From assembly GCA_020353515.1 (NCBI GenBank), contig CP070695.1, positions 3,001,231 to 3,065,230 of the forward strand: a DNA stretch of 64,000 nucleotides, written 5' to 3'. The translations under genes and the position numbers were made by a program. The notes below the pieces were generated by a model. The model was not told the origin of the DNA, searched no databases, and saw only the letters and a program-made list of their open reading frames with translations. Position 1 is the first letter of the stretch, and every line of letters begins with the position of its first letter. The stretch comes from Candidatus Heimdallarchaeota archaeon. Its GTDB lineage: Archaea > Asgardarchaeota > Heimdallarchaeia > Hodarchaeales > Hodarchaeaceae. Positions 18,809 to 29,180 of the stretch are shown here, in pieces.

Positions 18809-20296
18809 TTGAAGATCAACTCTAAAAAAGGTATCATAATGAACGATTTTCAGGACATTATCATTAAAGAATCTGATCCTGTTAAGATCGTTGACACAGA
18901 TAAATGGGTTGAAATTATTTTCGATTCTAACTATTTTTCCATAATTAAGCTTCTAAATGAAGGTTACAAAACCATTGAAGAAATGCATTGCGAATTTAAT
19001 AGAAAAAAAGATGTAATTGCTAAGAGCACTCTATACAGACACGTTAGATTCTTGATCGATAATGAATTCGTCATTAAATCTGGACGAAGAATAAAAAAGG
19101 GTCAGAGTGCTACAGAAAATTTATATGGAACGGCAGGGAGATTATTTCTGCCGGAAAATCCGTGGAAAAAAATATGGCACTCTAGTAGTGGTATCGAGAT
19201 TAGTCAGATTGTCGGTAGGATGATAAAACATCATTTTAACAATAAAAATCCACATCTGCATCGGCTTTATAAATTCATTAAGGAGCAGGAGGATGCTTTT
19301 TCCCAAACAGCATTAGCTGTAGTTGAAAAAATAACTCAAATTAATTCCATAATAGAGGATAAAAGGGTAAAAAAGGAACAAGAAAAGGCGGATCTGGCTC
19401 TTGCTGCTGTCAACAAGCTAACAGGTGATGATGCAATTGTTTTTTTCACTCTTATAGGTTGGATAACTTGGTTTATTGAGAAGGAGAATTATAAACAATT
19501 CATTTCTGACTTAAAAGAGTGTTTTTCAGATGATTCACCCCTAATTCACAAAGCAGTAGAAAAAATAGAGATACAAAGTAATAAATCATCAAATCAAGAT
19601 TATATCATGCGTAAACAACAAACTGTCAAATTCATTCCTAGTGAGCTAGTCCCAAAATACTTCTATGAAATAAATTATCGAGCAATCTTGTATATACTCG
19701 AATCTTCTAGTATACCAATGACAATAAAAGAAATACATGCATTACATTACGATACGATCAGTAAAATCAGTGAGGACGAAAAACAATCTAATCTGGAGTA
19801 TGACCCGCAACCTGTTCTATTCCGAACACATAAACCAAAAGCCGAGAACACAGTATACCGATATGTACAGGACTTGATCCAGAATGGACTAGTTATTGAA
19901 GCTGGCCGACGAATGTATCCAGAAAAACCTTTTACTCAGATACTTTATACAACTGCTGCTGAATTTTTCATACTTTTAGAAAACAGCGATGAATTCTGGA
20001 AGTACGACGGATGGAGGCAGGTTATCCGTGCGCTTGCGTTCGCAGTGAGGTGTTACTTAGACAAAAAGACCGTGGATCACGAAAAATTCTACAATTTGGT
20101 TACAAATATGGAGAAAGCAAGGTTAAAGCTCCTGAAAAAATTTTTAGCTAGTTCAGAAATCCCATATTTGAGACAGATAAAACCCCATGAAAAACCCAAT
20201 GCAGCTATTAGAATCTTGGGACTGATAGGGTGGTTCCTTATGGAAGAGGATAAGGAGAACCTCCAAAAACAATTATTGTCATGTTTTTCAGATTAG
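18809..20296 (+). CDS. Tandem-duplicated winged-helix (ArsR-like) protein
   Basis: Two homologous halves: STLYRHVRFLIDNEFVIKSGRR..LYGTA and NTVYRYVQDLIQNGLVIEAGRR..LYTTA. Start may be ATG at 18839. Confidence 0.7.
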   Translation: MKINSKKGIIMNDFQDIIIKESDPVKIVDTDKWVEIIFDSNYFSIIKLLNEGYKTIEEMHCEFNRKKDVIAKSTLYRHVRFLIDNEFVIKSGRRIKKGQSATENLYGTAGRLFLPENPWKKIWHSSSGIEISQIVGRMIKHHFNNKNPHLHRLYKFIKEQEDAFSQTALAVVEKITQINSIIEDKRVKKEQEKADLALAAVNKLTGDDAIVFFTLIGWITWFIEKENYKQFISDLKECFSDDSPLIHKAVEKIEIQSNKSSNQDYIMRKQQTVKFIPSELVPKYFYEINYRAILYILESSSIPMTIKEIHALHYDTISKISEDEKQSNLEYDPQPVLFRTHKPKAENTVYRYVQDLIQNGLVIEAGRRMYPEKPFTQILYTTAAEFFILLENSDEFWKYDGWRQVIRALAFAVRCYLDKKTVDHEKFYNLVTNMEKARLKLLKKFLASSEIPYLRQIKPHEKPNAAIRILGLIGWFLMEEDKENLQKQLLSCFSD

Positions 20297-20363
20297 ATTT
20301 AGGACTAATCAGTCAAATTAAGATAGAGTACTTATAAGTCTAGCAAGTTAAGGATTCTTATTT

Positions 20364-20939
20364 TCATTGAGACTTATGCAATCTAATAACTGTCATAAAC
20401 TCTGCTAATGGTGTCAAATCAGTAGCAGCAAGACTGTCTTCCTTCGAATCCCAACCAAATCCCATTTTCGCTTCTCGGGGAAGTTTTTCAATCATCCATT
20501 CAATAAATTGAATCTTCTCTGAGGTATCTTCAATTATTTCTACTCTTGGGTGAAAAGTTTGGAATCCAACTTGAACTCGTACCTTCTCAGGATTAGCCCG
20601 AATATTTCTAACCCAATCGGTTCTCTCTCCGAGAGCAGCGGAAATATGGATTACTCCGTTTATTCTATGAAATTCTAGTGGATTTCGCCTTGTCTTACCA
20701 GTTCGACGACCAATAGTAGTGAGTAACAGAAATAGCCAGCCAAACCCGAATAAAGGTAATATACGGAGACGATAGAGCGGAATTACAATTTTGTTCAATC
20801 TTTTCAGCCATTTATAAGACCGTGGGAGTTCTCTTCCCTTATGATGCATTAATCGATCCATATACGTGCCTGGTTTTGGGAATGTGACTCTCTTTTTCGG
20901 GGAAGGAGATTGAGATTGATTCAACTCTATCAACTGCAC
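20364..20939 (-). CDS. Deazaflavin (F420)-dependent nitroreductase family protein (Ddn-like)
   Basis: LLLTTIGRRTGKTRRNPL, DWVRNIRANP. Confidence 0.88.
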   Translation of the reverse strand: MQLIELNQSQSPSPKKRVTFPKPGTYMDRLMHHKGRELPRSYKWLKRLNKIVIPLYRLRILPLFGFGWLFLLLTTIGRRTGKTRRNPLEFHRINGVIHISAALGERTDWVRNIRANPEKVRVQVGFQTFHPRVEIIEDTSEKIQFIEWMIEKLPREAKMGFGWDSKEDSLAATDLTPLAEFMTVIRLHKSQ

Positions 20940-21086
20940 GAGAATGATTAAATATTAAAAGAATATTTTATATTAGGGTTTATTTAGTCACTTATTTTAA
21001 TAACATTGGCTGATTATAGAATATTGATTTTTAATCTGGATTACTTACAAAATATGGTTTTAGTATCTAAATCTTTGGTGAATAAG

Positions 21087-21983
21087 ATGATAATTGATAC
21101 TCATTGTCACTTATGGGAAGGGGAATTAGTATTAGAGGATTTACGCAATTATCTTACCTCTATGGCAAAGCTACTTAAAGCTGATCCCAAATTGGTCTTG
21201 GATGGAAGGGCAGAAAGATTAGTGGATGAAATGAACACTGCAGGAATCGATAAAACAGTGATACTTGCCCTTGATTATGAATTTCTCTTCCGAGGTCGGA
21301 TTACTTTTCAGGAATATAATGACAAAGTCGCAGAAATGGTTAATCAATTTACTGACCGATTAATCGGTTTCGCTGGGATTGATCCTAGAAGAGGAGAGAA
21401 AGCTTTAGAAGAGCTTGAACGATGTACTGAAAAATTAGGCTTGAAAGGTGTAAAACTATGGCCTTTAACAGGATTCTATCCCGATGAAAAAGACTTCTAT
21501 CCATTTTATAAGCTAGTAGAAGAAAAGAACATACCAATATTATGTCATACGGGTTCAGGACCTGTTAAAACGTATTTAAAATACTGTAGACCCGCTCATG
21601 TTGACACTATTGCCGTAGATTTTCCAGATATGAAGATAATTATGGCTCATATGGGAGATCCTTGGGTCAGGGAAGCTCTTACCGTGGCCGCAAAAAATCC
21701 GAATGTCTACACTGATATCTCGGCTTGGGAATCAGTCCTGAGATTCGCCCCTCTTATTTTCTGTCAAACTTTGATGGAAGCAAGAATGACATGTGGGATA
21801 GACAAGATTGTGTTTGGTTCAGATTGGCCCTTATTCACTCCTGTAATGTCACTGGAGGAGTGGGTGAACGGAATAAAGAACCTAGAATTACCTCCTCCTC
21901 TTCAAATGATGGGAATGCCCGAATTTAGCGAAACGGAAAAAGAAAAAATCCTCGGTAAGAATGCTCAGAAGATTCTTCTATAG
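21087..21983 (+). CDS. Amidohydrolase_2 family protein
   Basis: IIDTHCH, GVKL, PILCHTG, IIMAHMG, NVYTDIS, FGSDWP, ILGKNA; start moved to ATG 21087. Confidence 0.9.
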   Translation: MIIDTHCHLWEGELVLEDLRNYLTSMAKLLKADPKLVLDGRAERLVDEMNTAGIDKTVILALDYEFLFRGRITFQEYNDKVAEMVNQFTDRLIGFAGIDPRRGEKALEELERCTEKLGLKGVKLWPLTGFYPDEKDFYPFYKLVEEKNIPILCHTGSGPVKTYLKYCRPAHVDTIAVDFPDMKIIMAHMGDPWVREALTVAAKNPNVYTDISAWESVLRFAPLIFCQTLMEARMTCGIDKIVFGSDWPLFTPVMSLEEWVNGIKNLELPPPLQMMGMPEFSETEKEKILGKNAQKILL

Positions 21984-22006
21984 AATAGAACTAAGGTGAG
22001 ATTGCC

Positions 22007-22678
22007 ATGAGAGAACTCATCCGAAAAATAATTCATTTTCTCATTTTTTATCCAATATATTATTATATCTGGTTCTTCTTCCTTCGTCAAGATCTCCTTG
22101 AAAACACTCTTTTAATGGCCGTTATAATTCTATTTTTTGGAATCAATCTCATAGATATTCTCATTCGGCCGATGAGTGATCCTGAAGAACTCAAAGATAA
22201 GTATACAATAGTAGTTCTGCTGTTTTTTCTAGGAGGCCCATTGATTCTACTGCTTGCGTTTTTTGAGAATCGGGAACTAATATCAAAAGTCTTACCAATT
22301 TATGATAATCTTCTAATAAGCTACTTAGGTATTCTACTAATGATAATAGGTAGTATAATTATGTTGAGTAGTAGGTACCAGTTAAATAAACATAGCTACG
22401 GAGGAGTGTCACTATCAGAGGAGAAGGAGCAAACATTACTAACCCAAGGAATGTTTAAGTATATTAGGCATCCGATTTATGCAGGAGGGCTAATTATAAC
22501 AATTGGACTCGAATTAGCATTTCGTAGTTTGATAATTCTATCCATTCACACATTAATTTTTTTTGTAATATTTCGAGATAGAATGCAACGTGAAGAAACA
22601 GTGCTGCTAAATAAATTTGGAACCGAATATCAGACTTATCTCAATAAAACTAAAAGGTTAATTCCGTATGTCTACTGA
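22007..22678 (+). CDS. Isoprenylcysteine carboxyl methyltransferase (ICMT/PEMT) family membrane protein
   Basis: GMFKYIRHPIYAG, REETVLLNKFGTEYQTY..RLIP. Confidence 0.88.
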   Translation: MRELIRKIIHFLIFYPIYYYIWFFFLRQDLLENTLLMAVIILFFGINLIDILIRPMSDPEELKDKYTIVVLLFFLGGPLILLLAFFENRELISKVLPIYDNLLISYLGILLMIIGSIIMLSSRYQLNKHSYGGVSLSEEKEQTLLTQGMFKYIRHPIYAGGLIITIGLELAFRSLIILSIHTLIFFVIFRDRMQREETVLLNKFGTEYQTYLNKTKRLIPYVY

Positions 22679-22717
22679 TTGTATCAGAAAGAAATTAAAA
22701 TAAGGAGTATGAGAAAT

Positions 22718-22990
22718 ATGGCTTATGATATTAAATTAAAGGTAATAAAACAAGAAGGCCACTGTGTCGCTGGACACAAAGTTGGTGATGAGATCTTCAT
22801 CTCTTTTGAAAAGAACGAGATCCAAGGGAAAATTTGTTTGCATGCACTCTATTCAATATTACCCAAAGTATATGCAATGGCGTATGGGGCTGAGTTTCCT
22901 TGGTTAGAAAATCCTGATGTTAATACACATGCGTGTCCCGATGCTTGGAACCCCTTAGTCTATGAAGTGAGAAGAATCAGAAGAGAGTAG
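22718..22990 (+). CDS. TIGR04076-family Cys-rich small protein
   Basis: CVAGHKVGD, ICLHA, ACPD..VYEV. Confidence 0.8.
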   Translation: MAYDIKLKVIKQEGHCVAGHKVGDEIFISFEKNEIQGKICLHALYSILPKVYAMAYGAEFPWLENPDVNTHACPDAWNPLVYEVRRIRRE

Positions 22991-23001
22991 GGATTCACGA
23001 A

Positions 23002-23437
23002 TTACCAGATACGGGGAACTAATCGATATCTTACCTTCTTCTTATATTCAAGATACCCTTGCAGCTCCTCTTCCAAAGTTTTCTCTTCAAATATGAGGCG
23101 GAAAGACATTAAAACGATGAATATGAATGCTGGAACCAGAACAAGTAAGGACCCAAGAGATAACGTGACACCAATTAAATAATAGAATTACCTAAATAGA
23201 GGAGATGTCGAACATATCTATAGGGCCCTGTTGAAAATACCTGTTGATCCTCTTGGACTTCAACTACTTTGGAAAGATAGGGATTTCCCTTCATAACTAA
23301 AAAATAAATGAAAAGATCGATTGTTACTAAACCAAAGGTGCCTATACTAATTATTACAGGAATAGCAGATAATTCAAAACGAAAATCCAATCCTGTTACT
23401 ACTAATATAGAAAAAAGTGGGATGAGAGATGTCTGAT
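23002..23437 (-). pseudogene. 5'-truncated, frameshifted ICMT-family gene
   Basis: Frame 1 reads ..GLDFRF..STGPYRYVRHLLY..; after a frameshift near 23178 it reads IGVTLSLGS..EEKTLEEELQGYLEYKKKVRYRLVPRIW*; no 5' part (abuts the stop of the upstream gene). Confidence 0.8.
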
Positions 23438-24211
23438 TTAAATGGATCCTATCAAGATTGCATACACAATTGGACCAAGCATTGTTCCTCCTATGTTCGT
23501 AGTCACATGTATGCCAATTGAGGGTAAGATACTACGATGTTTCTCTCTTAAAGAGGCTGCAAAATATCCTAAAGTTGTTGTCATAAGAAAAATAACGCTT
23601 ACTGTTATAAGATCTGCCCCAAAAAATATTAAAGGTAGATGAATTGCACCAAAGAACATTGCACTGAAAATAACTGGATATGAGACATTTTGCTCACCAA
23701 TACTTATTTTCAAACCCTCTAAGGGATTCAGATAACCTTGTAACAAACCTCTGACGAAAATTTCTTCAGATATGCTGGCTAAAAACCAAATTAGGAGTAC
23801 TTTTTCTCTAATTCCCAAATCATATAAAACAGGATTTCCACTGGCACCAGTTATGATAATGATTATTGAGGCAATTGAACCTATTACTAGTCCTAGTCCT
23901 ATTATGACTCCCCATTTAAGTTCACCAATAGGTTTGTTCAATCCAGATTGTGTCAAATTTCCTTTAGTCAGAAGAACAATAATACCAAGAGAGAGAAAAA
24001 GAAACATTAAATCAGTTATTAACAATTTTGAAGCATTTCCTCCTTCTATAATTGGCCCATAAGCCTCATTGGTTAAAAATAGAGCCCCTATCTGAGAGAC
24101 AACATAAATACCCAATCCGATTAAAAAAGCTGTAACTAATAGATTTAAAGATTTATAACTTCCTATTTCCTCCCCTAATGTCTTATCCTCATTTTTTTTG
24201 ATATACATCAT
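23438..24211 (-). CDS. CPBP-family (Rce1/Abi-like) intramembrane glutamic endopeptidase
   Basis: EEIFVRG, FGAIH, SIGIHVTTN; multiple TM helices. Confidence 0.9.
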   Translation of the reverse strand: MMYIKKNEDKTLGEEIGSYKSLNLLVTAFLIGLGIYVVSQIGALFLTNEAYGPIIEGGNASKLLITDLMFLFLSLGIIVLLTKGNLTQSGLNKPIGELKWGVIIGLGLVIGSIASIIIIITGASGNPVLYDLGIREKVLLIWFLASISEEIFVRGLLQGYLNPLEGLKISIGEQNVSYPVIFSAMFFGAIHLPLIFFGADLITVSVIFLMTTTLGYFAASLREKHRSILPSIGIHVTTNIGGTMLGPIVYAILIGSI

Positions 24212-24269
24212 ATTTTCTCCTAAAATATCCTATATACTGAATTTATTTGTTAAATAATCCATTATTATT

Positions 24270-24330
24270 CGTTTTGCTAATTATGCAAAACGTGTTTATA
24301 AGCTTGATGCTTTTTGCAATAGGAGCAAAA
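24270..24330. promoter_or_regulatory. Two copies of palindrome TTTTGC-N7-GCAAAA (candidate operator)
   Basis: CGTTTTGC-taattat-GCAAAACG (24270-24292) and TTTTGC-aatagga-GCAAAA (24312-24330), between divergent genes. Confidence 0.6.
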
Positions 24331-24417
24331 CCAATAGAAATCTATTAAAGTATGAGTATAATTGTTAGATAATAACTAGCAACAGGTTTACTTACTGATA
24401 CTAACTTTAACGAGGAA

Positions 24418-25266
24418 ATGATAATGACAGCCTTTGATGAGTCAATAACTGATATAAAAATCGCGTTTAAGGTTTATTCAGAATACAAAAAAACCTATAT
24501 TTCGACATTTATAATATTTTTAACTGGAATTATTGTATTGGTCTTTACTGGTTTTTTTATTGCACGATTTGTTATTTTCGAAAACTATTTTCAATTTGAG
24601 AAGATCGTTAGATTGATTCTCCTGTTACTTACACCTTTGATTCTTCTTTTGGTATTTTTCTTACTTTTATCATACGCAAGGACTACTTTTGGTTTGACAA
24701 ATGATATAATGACATCTGGAGAATTGTTTACAGAATTCAAAAGAACTCTTACTTATTTTAAGAGATTTTGGTTATACTTTGCAGTTTTAACGTTACCTTA
24801 TGTTTTAATTATTGTTGGGGATCAGATGTTCACTATATTTAATTTATTCGAACTAATTCATTCTCAAGATAGCAATCGTATATCTATTGTAACCATCAAG
24901 GTTCTCGTCTATTGTTTTGATTTGATACTCTACATCACTCTAATTGAGACATTTCCGAGTATTATTGTTGTTAGAAATCTGAAGCAATGTATTATCGAAA
25001 ATTATTCAGTTGTACGCCAGAATTTAAAACGATTGATATTTTCAGTTGGGGGATATTACCTACTCTTTCGAGTACCAATGATTATTGTTGATATAGCTCG
25101 ACTTCTAATAGTTACCAGTGAGGAAACCTTTCTATTATTCAATATGATTTTCTTAATCTTCGCTTTCATAAACGCATTGGTTGGCCTACCTATTCTTAGT
25201 TTAATTTCCACACGAATTTATAACACCACTATATTGAAAACAAAAGCCAATGGAATTGAATCTTAA
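24418..25266 (+). CDS. Hypothetical multi-pass membrane protein
   Basis: About six hydrophobic segments; no motif recognised. Confidence 0.7.
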   Translation: MIMTAFDESITDIKIAFKVYSEYKKTYISTFIIFLTGIIVLVFTGFFIARFVIFENYFQFEKIVRLILLLLTPLILLLVFFLLLSYARTTFGLTNDIMTSGELFTEFKRTLTYFKRFWLYFAVLTLPYVLIIVGDQMFTIFNLFELIHSQDSNRISIVTIKVLVYCFDLILYITLIETFPSIIVVRNLKQCIIENYSVVRQNLKRLIFSVGGYYLLFRVPMIIVDIARLLIVTSEETFLLFNMIFLIFAFINALVGLPILSLISTRIYNTTILKTKANGIES

Positions 25267-25296
25267 GATTAATAATCTACTAGGATCTTTTTAGCG

Positions 25297-25629
25297 ATGT
25301 TTGAAAAACCTGAAGACCCTGATGAATCTTCTGATATTCCTAAAACAAAAGTAATCAGTGACCCTTCCGTTGTACCTGTTTTATTCCATAAACAGAAACA
25401 AATAATCCTCAAATTATTACTTGGGAAAGAGTTCAACATCATGGAATTGAAACAGGAAACCAAGCTGAATCCTGGTACCATTAAAAGATATCTAGATGAT
25501 CTAGCTTCAAAAGAATTAGTTACACTTACTCGTAAGGTACAGAATGAATATGGATTCTTTCTTAAATATTACCGTGCAACAGCACAATCCTTTGTTATCC
25601 ATATAGAGTGGCCTTCAGATGTACTTTAG
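25297..25629 (+). CDS. ArsR-like winged-helix regulator
   Basis: ILKLL..NIMELKQETKLNPGTIKRYLDDL..LV..KYYRATA. Confidence 0.8.
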   Translation: MFEKPEDPDESSDIPKTKVISDPSVVPVLFHKQKQIILKLLLGKEFNIMELKQETKLNPGTIKRYLDDLASKELVTLTRKVQNEYGFFLKYYRATAQSFVIHIEWPSDVL

Positions 25630-25653
25630 TACTTTATAAATTAGGCCTGTGTT

Positions 25654-27006
25654 TTATTGTTCAGTGAAAGATGCTACTTCATTAGTTCCGAAATTTATTT
25701 TGATATTCTCGCTACTGCCTTCTGTTGGTTTGAACCTCATAGACAGAGTAAAGAAAAAGACGGATATTATTCCCATTGATCCTAAGATAAATGCAGTGGT
25801 TGAAATCCCTAAGTTTTTAATTAAAGAACCTCCAATAATCGCAACGGGGGCACTTGTGATTAATAACAAAGTTGGTATTAATGAATAGATTGAATTTCTA
25901 TTTTGATCGGGTATCGAGTCCAAGAAGAACCTTGAGTTTAAAATCATCTTAAGACCATGAAAAAAGTAAATAGGAGTGTAAAATAGCATAAAGGAGAAAA
26001 TAGCTAAGGGATTGAAGGTGTTTGTGTCAAGGGGAAACCAAGTGGTTAAAATGGCAACCCCCCAGTAAAATAATACTGTATCAATAAAGGTCAAACTGGG
26101 AATCCAAGTAATTTCCATATTAACAGCTACTTTTGAGGCCAAAAAAATTGAAACAGATCCCAATAGTAAGATAACAAGTCTCATAAGCCCAACACCACCA
26201 TCAGATCCTGTATAAGACAAATATACTGGAAATAACATCATTTCAACCCATACTATAACAACTGTACTGCTGAAGCATAAACCTAATAAGAAAAAAAGCA
26301 TAGTCTTGTTGAAAAATGCAAAATGAAGCCCACCACCTAACAATTTGAAATAATTCGTAATAGATCTTCGTGGACGTTCAATCCCAGGAAAATCTCTGAC
26401 AATAATTAAAAAAACAATAGCGAACAAAGCCAGTCCTGCTGCTTGAATAAGAAAAACGGCTTGTCTGTAAAAAATTGTAGCAAGTATCCCTCCAAGAGCA
26501 GTTGCAATTCCAGGTACTATATTACCAATAGCAGTCCATCTTCCACTCAGGAATTTGTAAATTTTCCTTTCAGGATCACTTTTATCAGCTACTACCTTAT
26601 AGTTATTGTCAAACCAAGTGTCAATAGCACCAGATTGTTGAGATGCTGCAATCGCTTTAAGGATATATGCAATCAGGAGGGTAGAGAATGAATCAGCAAA
26701 AAATAACGAAATATAAGCTATAGCCTCTAGAAAAAATCCAGTGAAAAGGATCCAACGTTGGCCAATCCAATCACCAAAGGCTCCACTTGGATAATCTAGA
26801 AGAGCCTGTAGAACAAAACTCACAGCAATAAGCACACCTAATAGCTCGATACCCACCAAATCAATCACAAAAAGGGCAAAAAAGGCAGAAGAGAGAGTCC
26901 AGAATAATCCGAGAATCATGGTAGAATAAAATACTTTCATCACGAACTTTTGTGCCCTATCAGGGAGTTCTTGAATGCCTAGAAATGTATTCAAAAATCT
27001 AAACAC
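25654..27006 (-). CDS. MFS transporter
   Basis: DYPSGAFGDWIGQRW (motif A); about 12 TM; paralog of 33675-35036. Confidence 0.88.
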   Translation of the reverse strand: MFRFLNTFLGIQELPDRAQKFVMKVFYSTMILGLFWTLSSAFFALFVIDLVGIELLGVLIAVSFVLQALLDYPSGAFGDWIGQRWILFTGFFLEAIAYISLFFADSFSTLLIAYILKAIAASQQSGAIDTWFDNNYKVVADKSDPERKIYKFLSGRWTAIGNIVPGIATALGGILATIFYRQAVFLIQAAGLALFAIVFLIIVRDFPGIERPRRSITNYFKLLGGGLHFAFFNKTMLFFLLGLCFSSTVVIVWVEMMLFPVYLSYTGSDGGVGLMRLVILLLGSVSIFLASKVAVNMEITWIPSLTFIDTVLFYWGVAILTTWFPLDTNTFNPLAIFSFMLFYTPIYFFHGLKMILNSRFFLDSIPDQNRNSIYSLIPTLLLITSAPVAIIGGSLIKNLGISTTAFILGSMGIISVFFFTLSMRFKPTEGSSENIKINFGTNEVASFTEQ

Positions 27007-27129
27007 TGTTGTCTTATTCCTAAAGGTATTTTTAGATAAACTAACCCAAATATGCTCTTGATAAATTCAGGAATGTGAAATAACCTAAGAGACTTAAAAG
27101 AATATTTGATCTGGTAATATATTCAATAT

Positions 27130-28260
27130 TTAAGACTCAGGAAAAGTTACTTCAAAGTATTGCTCCTTCGATAATTTAAGGGGCTGTAACTGAATCCAAT
27201 CATTATATTTTGGCGGTCCAAAGCAAATATTGAGGGAAAGATTAGTCAAATCAGTGAGAAGGGAGTACATCGTCCCAAAACCTTCTTGATAAAGATGAGC
27301 ACTTGGACCATTAGGATACTCTTGACTAAATAGGTCTTTGAGTTGCTGGGTATTAATATTTGGTTGATGCCTCTGTACAAAATTTTTAAGCAAACTTTTA
27401 CGGGTCATTGAATTTTGTAGAAATGGTTCACCATTCAAAATGCCATCATTGTATGAATTATATGGAACCATTTCTGGGTTGAGATAGTGATTCGTGGCGT
27501 ATAAGTATTGAAATTCAGAGCTCTCATCGATGATGTCGATACTATATTTACCATCAAGCCATTCAACACGGATCGCATTACCCCCTTGATCAGCAATTGA
27601 AAAAATATAGGGAAAGCTAACAGGAAGCTCTTTAATAAGGTCAATTGCTTGATCAATACTTGCACATTGTTCAAGTATGGCCCGAACAAAAACTGCAAGA
27701 CCGAATCCTCGAGTTGTTAAGGGATATGCAAAAGCTCCTCCATTACTGATGAAAATCCCTAAACCTTTCTCATTAAAACCATTACCTCTACCAAATCCAA
27801 ACCCCATGAAAGCAAAATGTTTTAATTTCTGGTCAACTTGACTGGTGACGAAAGTAAAGTCCTCTAATGGATCAAGATAAGACCATTCATTTGAATAAGC
27901 TACAATTGTGTTATTTAGTGAGGTCAGCTTCGGTAAAAGCGTTAGAACTGAACAATTTCGTGGAATATCATATGCTGTCTGAAAAAACTGGATTTTTTTA
28001 GGATTAAGGTTCAATCCATCACAAAAACCTTGAATTTCGTCTATTATTCCAGGACAAGCCACTTCTATAGAGCTTTTGAAATCATTAAAGCTATTAAAAC
28101 CAAATTTTTTGAATTTAACTATATTATTTGAGATAAGAGATCGTTTATTAGGAAATTTGTCAATATTCTTTGCAACAGTGTATCCAACATCATATGAGGA
28201 GCCTTTGAGGACTGTTAGATAATATTTTTTCTTAATTAAATTCTTTTCATTCTTCTCCAA
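27130..28260 (-). CDS. Peptidase C45 / Ntn-hydrolase (acyl-CoA:6-APA acyltransferase-like)
   Basis: DEIQGFCDGL, nucleophile NCS, GFNEKGL, VRAILEQC, ATNHY, FGTMYS. Confidence 0.82.
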   Translation of the reverse strand: MEKNEKNLIKKKYYLTVLKGSSYDVGYTVAKNIDKFPNKRSLISNNIVKFKKFGFNSFNDFKSSIEVACPGIIDEIQGFCDGLNLNPKKIQFFQTAYDIPRNCSVLTLLPKLTSLNNTIVAYSNEWSYLDPLEDFTFVTSQVDQKLKHFAFMGFGFGRGNGFNEKGLGIFISNGGAFAYPLTTRGFGLAVFVRAILEQCASIDQAIDLIKELPVSFPYIFSIADQGGNAIRVEWLDGKYSIDIIDESSEFQYLYATNHYLNPEMVPYNSYNDGILNGEPFLQNSMTRKSLLKNFVQRHQPNINTQQLKDLFSQEYPNGPSAHLYQEGFGTMYSLLTDLTNLSLNICFGPPKYNDWIQLQPLKLSKEQYFEVTFPES

Positions 28261-28740
28261 ATCAATTCACATCCAAATTTGAAAAATTAGATCAGATCCC
28301 AAAACATCTATTTAAAAGATTTAAAATTGAATTCCGTATGGTTCCATTTTGTAAGCTGGAGGGCCAGCTAGAGGGCATGTATGCTTCACACCTCAAACTT
28401 TATTCTCTTCCAAGGTTAAATTGAGGTTTATAGCTATCAATTTCATTGTAAGATTGAGTTAGTTAATAAGGATTTCGTTTAGGGTATCTATTCCTAAATC
28501 AAAGGAGAATTGATTATTCTCTCCCTAATAGAAGAAATTTCGATCAATTTCTTTGTTCAAAATTTAATGAAGAGAAAGATAATACTATCGAGTTTAATTG
28601 CTTGATAACTAAAAACCCAAGTTTTAACAGATTTTGCACTAATTTTTCATTTAATTAATTATATTTTGGAGATATTTACCGTTTAAGACACTAAATAACT
28701 AGATTAAAAAAGAAATCACCCTCCTTTTTTGCGTGTTTTT

Positions 28741-29013
28741 TCAGCTTTCTGGTATTTCTTCACGAGAAATTTCAATAACGACTGGTCGTTTGGGATCTGG
28801 ACAACATCGTGAGTGAGTGTTATCCTTAAACCAAGGAAAACTCCCACCTGATTGCATCACTCTAATTGTAGGATAGATGGAGTTATAAGCCGATTGACAC
28901 AATTTACCGACATCTTCGGGAAAAGAAAACACTTCTCCTACTTTATGACCCCGAGGACAAGTTTTATCGCCAAGAATATCAGTAATTTCTAATTTAATTT
29001 TATAATTCGTCAT
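28741..29013 (-). CDS. TIGR04076-family Cys-rich small protein
   Basis: CPRGHKVGE, LCQSA, CCPD..PVVIEI. Confidence 0.82.
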   Translation of the reverse strand: MTNYKIKLEITDILGDKTCPRGHKVGEVFSFPEDVGKLCQSAYNSIYPTIRVMQSGGSFPWFKDNTHSRCCPDPKRPVVIEISREEIPES

Positions 29014-29180
29014 TTTCTTCGTAACCTTCTCTTATTTTTAGGAATGAATTCGCAAAGGAACAATTGTTTTTAGTTTTTGTGTAACTTGTTCACCATCAAA
29101 GCATTGAGTGATCCAAACAGTCAGTAAATTTTGGCTAGAAGAAAAGACAAATCGTCTTCAAAAATCGTCAAAAGAAGATA

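Noticed and set aside
28261-28740. 480-bp intergenic region with short stop-interrupted frames and weak palindromes
   Set aside because: Possibly a decayed gene, but I could not assign any family or convincing repeat.
22718-29013. Selenocysteine recoding in the two TIGR04076 proteins
   Set aside because: All motif positions are ordinary Cys codons; there is no in-frame TGA within the domains.
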